A DNA stretch of 64,000 nucleotides from Carcharhinus amblyrhynchos (taxonomy: Eukaryota): positions 42,470,001-42,534,000 of the forward strand of contig OZ336872.1 in NCBI GenBank assembly GCA_965287045.1, in the 5' to 3' direction. Made by a program: the position numbers and the translations under genes. Position 1 is the first letter of the stretch, and each line of letters starts with the position of its first letter. The notes below the pieces were generated by a model. The model searched no databases, was not told where the DNA came from, and saw only the letters and a list, made by a program, of their open reading frames with translations. This document shows positions 52,481 through 63,165 of this stretch, piece by piece.

Positions 52481-53954
52481 GAAATACTTGTGGCCTTCTG
52501 TGTCCTGGATTTAACTGGGGGGAGTTGGGAAAGCCATGGCCATTCTACCCTTTGCCTTACCTCCCATTTCTAAGCACCAATCTTCCAGCCGGTTCCCGAA
52601 GAGGGAATTAGGTTTCACCCAATATGTGTGTGTATATCACTGCATTTTTTTGAGCCCATTTTTCATTGGTAACACAAGTGTAGCATTGTTGAATTTCCAG
52701 ATGCAGGTGAGATCACAATTGATCTCTGAAATATTCCATAACTGAGTGTCTTGGTGATACTCACCATATCACTTTCAATAACACCAACACGTTGATAATG
52801 ATTTGAATGAGGTACTGGAGGATAATTATTGCCCAACAGGCGTGAACACTTTCCCAATAAATAGTGAGAGAAGAAAGTTGTTGAGAGGTCAGAGAGGCAA
52901 AATTGTATATGTAAAAGTTTCCGTACCCTCTTACCCTCAAACAACATAATTTTTAAGGAAAAACTAGTGGGATACTGAAAATGTACATACAGAAAAACAG
53001 CTGTATTAAAGTTCACAGTACGGTCGATCAAGAATCTATACTCTCACGCAGCATCTGGGGTGCAGAGGGATACAATTCTTCCCATCATTTTCTGTTCTTA
53101 ACTAAGCCACACAGGAAAAGGAGTAACAAAAGGAAGGATTATTCCCCAGGGTGTCATTCTTGCTTTCTGTCCTGCACTTCCTAACATCTAGACAATTACT
53201 GACAGAAGCCAAAAGTCGATCACCTGTCCTCCTCTTTTATGGGCAGTTGAGAGTGGGTGGAAAGGAAACTAATCCCTGAAAACTGGAGAGGTGAAAATTC
53301 CCCGTTGGTTTTGGAGCTTAAAATTGTAACTTCCCTCTGTGATCTTCATTCAATTCTGTACAGTTATTGCTGCCCAACTGGGTTATTAATTTAATGATGC
53401 CAACACAAAGAACATGCTCCATGTTAACTGCCATTTTGGCTTAGATTGGCCAGATTAAGCCAACTATTGAAAAAGAAAGGATTTCAGTTTGATCTCCCTT
53501 ATCTACAGTACTGTCTCATTTTATTCTGTTTGTTATTGGATGCCATTTGCAAACATATTGTACAAATGCTGTTCATTTGTACAGTACAGCGTCCCTCAAG
53601 CATACAACTGCAGATCTTCTGAAAGGGCTGGTGGCAGAGCATGCCACTATACCAGTGTGGTGTACCATGGAGACTTGGGATCCAAGGTTTTCCAGGATTT
53701 CTTTGCACAGTCAGCAATTGATCACAGCTGGAATGAAGAGGGAAACAATGATCAAAGCTGAAGGGTTTCCCTCATAAGAGATTGAATGACTTCAAGCTGT
53801 TCACATAGATCTTTTTAACAGCCAGTTCTAAGCATCAACAGATGGCAGGGAGGGAACAGCTTGTTTGTCTGTCCTTATGGTTTACTAATAACGTCCTGCA
53901 CTGGAACAGCTGAAAAGCTAAATAGTGAAGATAGGGAAACTTCATTAATTTTTA

Positions 53955-54243
53955 AAATTTATTTATCAATGTCACACGTAGGCTTACATTACACACTGAG
54001 ATGAGGTGAAAATCCCCTAGCTGCCACACTCCGGCGCCTGTTCAGGGACACTGAGGGAGAAGTTAGCATGGCCAGTGCACTTAACCAGCAAGTCTTTCAG
54101 ACTGTGGGAAGAAACCGGAGCACCTGGAGAAAACTCACACAGACGCGGGGAGAATGTGCAGACTCCACACAGTGACCCAAGCCAGGAATCATACCTGGAT
54201 TCCTGGCACTGTGAGACAGCAGTGCTAACCACAGTGCCACCAT
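53955..54243 (-). mobile_element. V-SINE, tail type B
   Basis: Reverse-complement head, V-domain, tttatttatcaatgtcaca tail. Confidence 0.92.
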
Positions 54244-54331
54244 AGGTATCAAGTTTTCTCAATGAGGTATGAGTCAGATAGACTTGATGTAGTCAGGGTA
54301 ACTATTTTTTGGTGAGCCCTTACAATCTATA

Positions 54332-54560
54332 GGGTGACCGGTTAGCTCAGTTATTGAGATAACTCATATGTAGTTCAGAATAATGCCAGCAGCCTGGGTC
54401 ATTTCCCATTCAGGCTGAGGTAGAATTAGGACTTGCCTCTTCACTCAGCCCCTGAGAGTAGGAAACAAATAACACACCACCACTGACAAAAAATTGCTGT
54501 GTAGCTCAGGACAATGCATCAGCAGACAATGAACCAAGGTCCTCCCTTTGGGCAGAGGAC
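54332..54560 (+). mobile_element. tRNA-derived SINE (second family or related)
   Basis: ggttagctcagtt...cagaataatgccagcagcctgggt...caggctgaggt. Confidence 0.55.
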
Positions 54561-55669
54561 ACATGAATAAATAATCTATTGCGTATAAACTGTGGGCTCA
54601 GGTAAATTTAATGTTTGATTTCTCATCCAGTAAATGATTGCAGCATTTGAAGTGCACCTTCATAAACTATGCTGACATTAAAAGGAACTTATAGGTCACA
54701 GAGGAAGAAATTGTCCCGTATGTGGAAAGTGAAAGAAGTGTGAGTAGTTTTGCTGTTAGAGTAGTGATATTTGTGTCATTTACACCATATTTCAATGTGT
54801 CCCATGGAAACGTGATCTTAAAGATGTTTAAGCAGGCTTTAGGAGCATGCACTGGAAGCATGTGGATGAGATACATTGTGATATCAATCAGAGTCTACTG
54901 CTGATTTGACACCTAACTTGTCATTTTCAAACTTGCCGCTTTAGTGAAAGTTCTCAGCGGCACGGTGGCTGCCTCACAGCACCAGGACTCAGGTTCCGTT
55001 CCCAGCTTGGGTCATTGTCTATTAGGAGTCTGCAAGTTTTCCCCGTGTCTGCGTGAGTTTCCTTGGGGTGTTCCAGTTTCCTCCCATAGTCCGAAGGACA
55101 TGCTGGTTAGGTGCACTGGCCATGTTAAAGTTTCGCTCAGTGTACCTGAACAGGTGCTGGAACATGGTGACTAGGGGATTTTCACAGTGTTGTGATTTTA
55201 AAATCTCAGATTCTTTCGACCAGTTTGCTTACTCCAATGTTTTACCCCAGTGCCCTTATTTGCAAGATGGACAAAAGACAAACGCAAGTAGAGGTTCAAT
55301 AAGTTTATTAACAATAACACTACTAACCCTTAAATTACCCACATTAAACAAGAGGATAACCCAAAATCAAATATACTACCCGCAAAGATGGTTTGGTTAA
55401 AACTGCAGGCTCGAGTCTCTGAGTCCCTCTGGTCCGGCGTCACAAAGGTGAGTCCCGATGGCAGCTTCTTCCTTCTTTCTTCTCTGGTCAGCCTTCCAAA
55501 TGGTCAAGGGTCGCCTCCTTCATCGAGTCTTCACTCCTTGTGTCTGAAAATGTGTTCCTTTAACCCCTGCCTGCTTGCCTTTCCAGAAACTTCTCTGACT
55601 TCCGGCCAATGAGGTCTCAGGAGGGGGTTCCAATACCCAGTGGGTTTCTTGATGTCTGCCTGACAGGAC

Positions 55670-55801
55670 GTGGATGTGCCGGCGTTGGACTGGGGAAAAC
55701 ATAGTAAAAAGTCTGACAACACCAGGTTTTAGTCCGACCGATTTATTTGATAGTAAAAGCACAAGCTTTCGAGGTTTCCCTCTTCGTCAGGTGACACCAG
55801 G
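55670..55801 (-). mobile_element. Penelope-like terminal-repeat fragment nested in the LTR
   Basis: Flanked by a 16-bp duplication gtctgcctgacaggac (55654-55669 and 55802-55817); shares sequence with 57152-57219. Confidence 0.75.
55760..55794 (-). ncRNA. Minimal type I hammerhead ribozyme
   Basis: Minus strand reads UCAC-CUGACGA-A-GAGG-GAAA-CCUC-GAAA-GCUU-GUG: both core boxes, 4-bp stem II with GNRA loop, palindromic AAGCUU, CAC/GUG stem I. Confidence 0.7.
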
Positions 55802-56514
55802 GTCTGCCTGACAGGACACCAGGGTCCGCCCCCAGGTGTCCGTCTCGATGCTGCTGCTTACATGTAACCTGTTATCAGACTAAGCCAACTGCAGGAACTC
55901 TTGGTGACAGAAAGTCTGGTCTGACCTGGGCTTCTAACAATAGGCTGGTGCATTTCAATGGGGTGCAATGATCTCCTGCTAAGTATCAGTAGGGTGCAAT
56001 GACCTTTGATGGGAGATTGATGAATCAGGCCCAGACAGGTTTGTGTATTGTACAACTGGCCTGCCTGAAGTTTGACTGTGTTTGATTTTTAATATGCCCA
56101 ATTCTTTAATTTAGGATATCCAGTTTTATCAGCCTTAAAACCAGGCCCTGTTTATATTACAACAGTTACTTCATTACAGTGTTAATGTAAGCCTACTTGT
56201 GACACTAATAAATAAACTTAAAAATCTTAAACACACGCAACTGAGTATGTGTTTAGCAACAGGAGAGACACTTCTCCCTTAACAGTATTATTTAAAGACA
56301 TAATTATCCAACTTGCAAGTTCATTGTTTATTGCTTTCTACTGGCTCTTGCTGAGTTTTGGAAGTACTGTGATGTTGGAAGACTTCAAAAAAATGTGGTA
56401 AATCTACAGGGAGTGCTGCTGCATGTTGTGGAGGCATTGATTGCCACTGCTTGCTGCTGGGAATATCACTTGCCTGGAGGCCAAGTAAGATTTCCCTTTG
56501 GCTTGTAGCAAATT

Positions 56515-57660
56515 ATTCCTACAAGACTCAGCTCCAAACTTTGTGGCCTGGGCCTCAACACCTCCATCTGCAACTGGATCCCAGACTTCCAAACACACAG
56601 TCCGTAGTCAGTAAGGATAGGCAACAACACTTCGTCCACAATCTTCCTCAACACCGGTGCTCCGCAAGGCTGTGCCCTCAGCCTCTTACTACACTCCTTA
56701 TACACCTTTGATTCTATTGCCAAATTCCACTCCAATTCAATTTTCAAGTTTGTTTATGACACCACCGTTGTGGGCTGGATCTCAAACAATGATGAGACAC
56801 AGGACAGGAAAGAGATAGAGAATTTGGTGAACTGGTGCAATGACAATAATCTCTCCCTCTATGTCAACAAAATGAAGTAGTTAGTCATCGACTTCAGGAA
56901 GTGTAGTGGAGAACATGCCCCTGTCTACATCAATGGGGATGAAGTAGGAATGGTCAAGAGCTTCAGGTTTGTAGGTGTCCAGATCACTAACAACCTGTCC
57001 TGGTTCCTCCATGCGGACACTATGGTTAATAAAGCACACCAATGCTCCCATTTTCTTAGTAGACTAAGGAAATTTGGCATGTTCACTACAACTCTCAACA
57101 ACCTCTACAGATGCACCATAGAAAGCATTCTTTCTGGTTGTATCACAACTCAATAAGAAGTCTGACAACACCAGGTTTAAGTCCAACCGAATCGGTCCAA
57201 CGCCGGCATCTCCACATCATGTATCACAACTCGGCATGGCTCCAGCTCTGTCCAAGATCGCAAGTAACTAACTACAAAGGGCCATGAATTAAGCCCAGTC
57301 TATCACTCAAACCAACCTCTCATCCATTGACACTGTCTACGCTTCCTGCTGCCTCAAAAAAAGCAGGCAGCATAATCAAGGGCCTCATATACCCTGGATC
57401 TACTCTCTTCCACCTTCTTCCATCATGAAAAAGATACAAAAGTCTGAGATCACACACCAACCGATTCAAAAACAATTTCTTGCTGCTATCAGACTTTTGA
57501 ATAGACCTACCTCGCATTAAGTTGATCTTTCACTACATCCTAGCTATGACTGTAACACTCCATTCGGCACTCTCTCCTTTCTTTCCCTACGATATGCTTT
57601 GTCGGTATAGCATGCAAGAAACAATACTTTTCACTATATACTAACATATCAAATCAAATC
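56515..57660 (+). mobile_element. Rex1/Babar-like LINE relic (RT C-terminal half and 3' UTR)
   Basis: LNTGAPQGCALSLLLHSLYT, KFVYDTTVVG, VKSFRFVGVQITNNLSW, LYRCTIESILSGCIT; ends (caaat)n. Confidence 0.88.
57152..57219. mobile_element. 68-bp Penelope-like terminal remnant with 13-bp TSD
   Basis: tgtatcacaactc at 57139-57151 and 57220-57232. Confidence 0.8.
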
Positions 57661-57899
57661 ATCAAAAGAAGATGGAGCAAAGGCAGCAAAGGTGAAACTG
57701 TTCACAAAGGGTTCACAAAGCTGCTCACAAAGAGGGGGAAAGGGAAAGGTATCTCAACAGGACCTTGGGTCTTCTCAGAGCACTTCTCTTACTGGCATGG
57801 AAAGCAGGAACAGTGTGTTCACTGGCTGCATTTCTGCAAGGAGGTGGCCACAGAATTTTGCCACCTCATGGAATTCGACTTGTAATCTCAAATTAGGGC

Positions 57900-58920
57900 A
57901 GGGAAGTGACCATGAAGGTGACTGCTGCCCTCAATTTCTTCATAAGTGGATCCTTCCATCCAGGATCAGACGACAGAGCAAGCCTCGAAAAGTTTGCAGA
58001 TTTTTGCTGCATCTCATAGAAGACAGAGGCTCCGTCCATCAGGATCTCATTGTCTTCTCTCTCTACTGAGAGAAGGTGGTACATAGCGAATTTTCCCATG
58101 GTGTAGAGTGCCATTGTCAGCACACACACGTCTCTCTGGGCTGTGCATCTCAATGGTAAGTTGTAGTGATACTGCAAAGGATGCTACTCACTCAACATGC
58201 AGTTGATGTGCAAACACACTCAACACATGATGCTGGAATATCTTAGTAATAGTCAATACTTCCTCATCCAGCATGACTCAACTATGTCAGAAATCCTTCC
58301 ACCACCACAACAAATCTGAGGGTGGCTAATCGATGATAAACGTTAGTTATTCTATACTGAGCCGATGACTTCCATCCACAAACACCAACCCTTGATGAGC
58401 ATTCATATAATGAGAGTCATGCTGCTCTGAGGGACATCATCGTGGGCGGCACAGTAGCACAGTGGTTAGCCCTGCTCCTTCACAGCTCCAAGGACCTGGA
58501 TTCGACTCCAGGCTTGGGTCACTGTCTGTGTGCAGTTTGCACATTCTCATCGTGTCTGCGTGGGTTTCCTCCAGGTGCTCTGGTTTCCTCCACAGTCCAA
58601 AGATGTGTGGGTTAGGTTGATTGGCCATGCTAAAATTGCCCTTAATGTCCTGAGATGCATAGGTTAGAGGGATTAGTGGGTAAGTATGTAGGGATATGGG
58701 GGTAAGGCCTGGGTAGGGTTGTGGTCGGTGCAGACTCAATGGGCCGAATGGCCTCTTTCTGTGCTGTAGGATTTCTGTGATTCTATGATGACTCTATGAT
58801 CAAGCAGACAATCATGTTGCTGAAGCAAAGGTTCTGCTGCCTGGAGATCTCTACTACTCATTGGAGCAGGTGCCCCAGTTTGTGGAGGCGTGTTGCATCC
58901 TCCATAGCTTGGACAAAATA
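57900..58920 (+). pseudogene. Dead PIF/Harbinger DDE transposase
   Basis: KVTAALNFFISGSF (57915), FPMV*SAIVSTH, KGCYSLNMQLMC, GWLIDDKR*, YNESHAALRDII|KQTIMLLKQRFCCL, ACCILHSL, all in Harbinger motif order. Confidence 0.85.
58442..58798 (+). mobile_element. HE1-like V-SINE, tail type A, inside the transposase
   Basis: Full-length head to tail; removing it restores the local transposase frame (ATC duplicated). Confidence 0.93.
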
Positions 58921-59246
58921 GAACTGTTGCCACCATCGTTTCAGCAAGCTCCTTAGGAAGAGGAAGAGGAGGAAGGGAGGGGGAGCTGTCTCTTTCACGT
59001 TCCAGTCAGGTTGCCCACCAGTGCATCATCCAACTCCAGTTCCCTTCAAAAAACCCCAGATCTCCATTGTTCAATATTCCCAGACCCTACTGTTCCTCGG
59101 GCACAAATGAATATACTGTCCTCTTGGTCACAATCCTGAAATAAAACCTCCCACAAGAAAACCAGTCCATACTGACATGATAATAAAACATCCAAATGTT
59201 TAACAAGTCATCTTCATGCCATTCCTTAGTGCTACAATCCATGCTG

Positions 59247-59372
59247 AGATATTGGCCATCAGACATTAGTCATTAGACATTGGCCACCAGATATTGGCCA
59301 TCAAACATTAGTCATTAGACTTTGGCCATCAGACATTGGCCAACAGACTTTAGTCATCAGACATTGGTCACC
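59247..59372. repeat. 14-bp minisatellite, about 9 units, with 42-bp higher-order period
   Basis: Units attggccatcagac and attagtcattagac. Confidence 0.92.
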
Positions 59373-59399
59373 CTGGCTGGATCAGCATGTATTCTTGTG

Positions 59400-60180
59400 A
59401 CATTGGCTACCACCTTCATGCTGGGAAGGATAGATTCCAAACTGTGTAAAGCCCTGTGCAAAAGTTGGTGCCAGACTCCTGGACAATAATAACATGCTTT
59501 CTAATAGATGTGCTAATGTCCCCAACATTTCAATTGGCATACCTTTTCTTGTAGGCTGCCCATCAAAGATGTTACCTGAGTTGTCTGTGGCAGAACACAT
59601 GTACAACTTTACCCTGCAGGAGCTGATACACATATTATCCTTTCTTCCTGCCTGGCTGTGGACTGCTCAGTCCTAGTGACTCCATGCTAATATTGTGTCT
59701 CTGCTACCCTTTACAGTATGCATAATACCAGGACCTAAGCTGGTGGCTGTGAGTGTCAGATTGGGTAATGGTGCTGTTTCCTCCTCAATATCTTCTCCCT
59801 CAAAAGCATTCAGGCTCCCTCACCACTGACTGGCCAAGGGGCAGTTCTCAAGTATCTGGTAGTGTAAGAGCACAAGGCCAGGTTTGGGTGAGGAAGGAAA
59901 ATGTATTGGCAGAAGTGATGCATAGTTGCACTTATGTAGATTGCAGGATGAGAGGGAGGTTAGAGGGTGCATTCGGCAAGGACATGTCATCATTCTCAAT
60001 GGTTTCAGTCTTTCATTGATCAGGGCCTCTGTGAGGGTTATTTCAATTATCCCCAGCAGTGTCTCTTCCATGGGAATGAACTCATGCAGCTATGCCTGCT
60101 CCCCCCCACCTCCCCATCTAATAAATTAGCTGCTGCTGCCACTTATTAGGGGTCACCTTGTCTTGCAAGAGAGAGGGAAA
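59400..60180 (-). pseudogene. Probable Harbinger Myb/SANT partner-gene remnant
   Basis: After a decayed acceptor (ctctctcttgcaa): DKVTPNKWQQQL..GGG..LHEFIPMEETLLGII, resembling the post-Myb TGGG/EE motif; the Myb domain itself is not seen. Confidence 0.5.
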
Positions 60181-61380
60181 GGTATCGGTGAGAGTGGTGC
60201 AATGAGTTTAGATGATGTGCCTGCCACAGTTGCTGTGAGATGTAGGTCACGTCATCAAAGATTCTATTACAATACTAGAACATAGGGATGATATATGGGA
60301 TAGTGTCAAAGCTGAATCCAGTAATTTAGCATTAAGGAATAAGAGAGGAATTTTTTACTCTGTTGGATTGTGTTATAGACTGCTGAAGAATGTAAAGAAG
60401 ATAAAAGGTAAGAAATGAAGCAAATTAGACAAAAAATGCATGTTTTGTCACGTCATCCATTTCCTCAGGGCTAGTTTGCTGGCATTACCTACAGTTGCAT
60501 GCTCCCACTGCCTTCTCAACACTTGTCTGGACAGCCTTTTTTAGAGACTTCTACTGAGTCCCCTTCATGCTTGTGTGAATATGTTCTAAGTTGTTCCTTA
60601 AACAGCCCCTGTTTAAAAGCTTTGCATTACTTTTCCACAATTTTACCCTGCCAGTTTTCCTTTCTATTTTGTTTGACCCTATTCTCTTTTTGTCTTGTTG
60701 AAGTTGACTTTTTATGGCCAATATTTTTTAGCTTTGATTTGCAACGTCTTCTTTTCAGTTTTTAATAACAGGTCTAATTGTGCTATGGGTACTGTTTCCT
60801 AGAGTTCCCGTACCTAATTCTCCCACTTCATTTCCTAAACTTAGATCCAACATTGCCTCTTTTGTTTGTTGGATCTAAAGGATAATGTTCTAGGAAACAG
60901 CCTTGGACATTGCATCAACCCTTTGCTTTCTTTGCCACTCACATTACTTCTTTCCGAAGTCTATCTTTGGAATATAAAAGCCATTCACTGCAATGCCCCC
61001 AGCACTGCATTTTTATTTCATTTGCTTAATTTCTTATCTTTAACCTTCTTTCCACTCTTCAGCAGTCAATGATACAATCCAGAGTAAATAATACTCCTCA
61101 CATTCCTTAATTCTAAATTACTGGTTTCACCTTTGACACCATCCCACACATCATCCCAATATTCTAGTTTGTAATGGAAGCTTTGAAAGCACTCCCATTC
61201 CATTTCCCTTTTTCAGTCTCTCCATCCTGAATATTTGTAACTGGTGCGTTGAGAACCAACACATTTAGTTCAAAAGGATTACTCTATAAGAATATTTATC
61301 TCATTAAGCATTGAGATCTATGCGTTTTAAATATGAAAATGTAAAGACTTTTAAGGCTGACAGAATAAAATGAAATATGA

Positions 61381-61480
61381 ACTTGCATTTAGATAATGTA
61401 ATTCATGATGTTAGAGGTTTCCAAAGTGCTTTATAGCCAATTAAGTACTTTTGTAGACTAGTCACTCTTGAAGTGTAGAA
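61381..61480 (-). mobile_element. Old DeuSINE-type 3' fragment
   Basis: acttgcattta...ccaaagtgctttatagccaattaagtactttt. Confidence 0.55.
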
Positions 61481-62494
61481 AATCATTTGTTCATTCTGTT
61501 AAAAAAAAAGCGGTAGATAAATAGCTGGTTTAAAATGGGGTTAGTAGTTATAGAGATGTGTAGCGACTGAGACAATGAAATATTTTATAGAGCTCATTGT
61601 TATTGGACTAGGGTTGAGGCTAGGAACAGAGGGAAAACCAGTATGTCTGTGGGATAGAAAACCAGGGTTGTATAATGGACAAAGAGTCAAAGGGTAGATT
61701 GAAACATAATTAGTAGTAAGAATGGGATCTATAGGCTGAAGATCCACTCCTCATTTCATTCCTTCTTCTGCTCTTAAATTCCATGATAAACATTTATTTC
61801 AATCAACAACCAATGTCTGAATTGCTGGTGGTCGATGTGAATCTACAGGTAGTAATCATATTGTTTCTACTGGTATCTGTTTCACATTAACAAGTGAACA
61901 GGTAGCTGAAAAGAATGTCTCCTTTCATTGGTACAAATGTTATTCAATGTTAATAACATTTGCTTTTGTTACTATATTCACTAATTAATTCACTGATCCC
62001 TTTAAACTCCTTAATGTCATTTTATGAAATGTTTCTGCTTTTCTTTTAATTGCATATAAAATAACCGGGGTTCCAATTAAACAGAAGGACATAGCAGGCA
62101 CTGAGCCAGAGAGTAAACTGTTCCTTCCACTCAATGCTGAGTGACAAATCTATGCCAGACACAGCTAATCAATTGAGCGCATAGCTTTATAAAGAACTCT
62201 CTTTGTTTGATTCATCATATTGTCCAAGGCACTTCAGATAAGCATATTCAACAGTACATGCACAGTGTTTCCACACTTAATATTACTGGGATATAACGTG
62301 GGGAGAATCTGGAGACTATTGAAGGCTGGCATTTTCATGCATCTCATCAGCCTCACTCAAGTCTTCATTATGGTGTGAAATCACTTAGCTGAATCTCCTC
62401 ACAGTCGGAAATGCGAAGGCATTTTCCAGGCATTTGCCACTATAAATTAAACACTGAGAATATGCACAGGTCTCTTTGAATATCCCTAAGTTTA

Positions 62495-62787
62495 TGTTTA
62501 TTTATTAGTGTTACATGTCAGCTTACACTAACACTGCAATGAAGTTACTGTGAAAATTCCCCAGTCGTCACACTAGGATACACTGTTCGGGTACACTGAG
62601 GGAGAATTTAGCATGGCCAAAGTGCTGAATCAGCATGTCTTTCAGACTGTGGGAAGAAACTGAAGCACCCGAAGGAAACCCATGCAGACACGGGGAGAAC
62701 ATGCAGACTCTGCACAGGCAGTGACCCAAGCTGAGTTCCTGGTGCTGTGAGGCAGCAGTACTAATCACTATGCCACCATGGTGCCCC
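62495..62787 (-). mobile_element. V-SINE, tail type B
   Basis: Reverse-complement head, V-domain, tttatttattagtgttaca tail. Confidence 0.92.
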
Positions 62788-63039
62788 AGGTTCTGTGATG
62801 GTGACTAAATGTCTGGGTATATCAACAGAACTATTACTTGATAATTTTGTCCAAACAGTTGATCAAATATGATATTGTAAATTCAATCTCTTATAGGTGC
62901 AGAAGATTAGTGATAGCTTTTCAAGAGGGAAACTCAATGTCAGAGAAAGCATTTATTTCTATTAGGTTTAAATATGAAAACAGCAAGAAAATTTAAACAG
63001 TGTGAGCACAAACTACCACAGATGTGCCAGAAAAGAAGA

Positions 63040-63165
63040 GACCAAAAGAGAAAATGCTGGAAAATCTCAGCAGGTCTGGTAGCATCTGTAAGGAGAGAAA
63101 AGAACTGACATTTCAAGTCCACTTGATCCTTTGTCAAAGCTGGAGCATCCGCAGAAATTTACTTT
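63040..63165 (+). mobile_element. Fold-back/Penelope-like terminus with degenerate hammerhead
   Basis: Arm as at 14402; minus strand ttgacaaaggatcaagtggacttgaaatgtcag. Confidence 0.7.

Larger units (their letters stand above)
55188..56161 (-). mobile_element. Solo LTR (974 bp including nested insert)
   Basis: TGT...ACA termini, 4-bp TSD ACAG (55184-55187 and 56162-56165), minus-strand AATAAA at 55304-55309 (the only basis for strand). Confidence 0.82.
54957..56220 (+). mobile_element. V-SINE, tail type B, split by a solo LTR
   Basis: Tail ...ggggattttcacag stops at 55187 and resumes as acagttacttcattacagtgttaatgtaagcctac at 56162. Confidence 0.92.

Noticed and set aside
57900-58920. Functional domesticated HARBI1-like gene
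   Set aside because: Stops, frameshifts, lost catalytic residues and a SINE insertion
59247-59372. CRISPR-like array
   Set aside because: Head-to-tail repeats with no unique spacers, no cas genes, and a eukaryotic context
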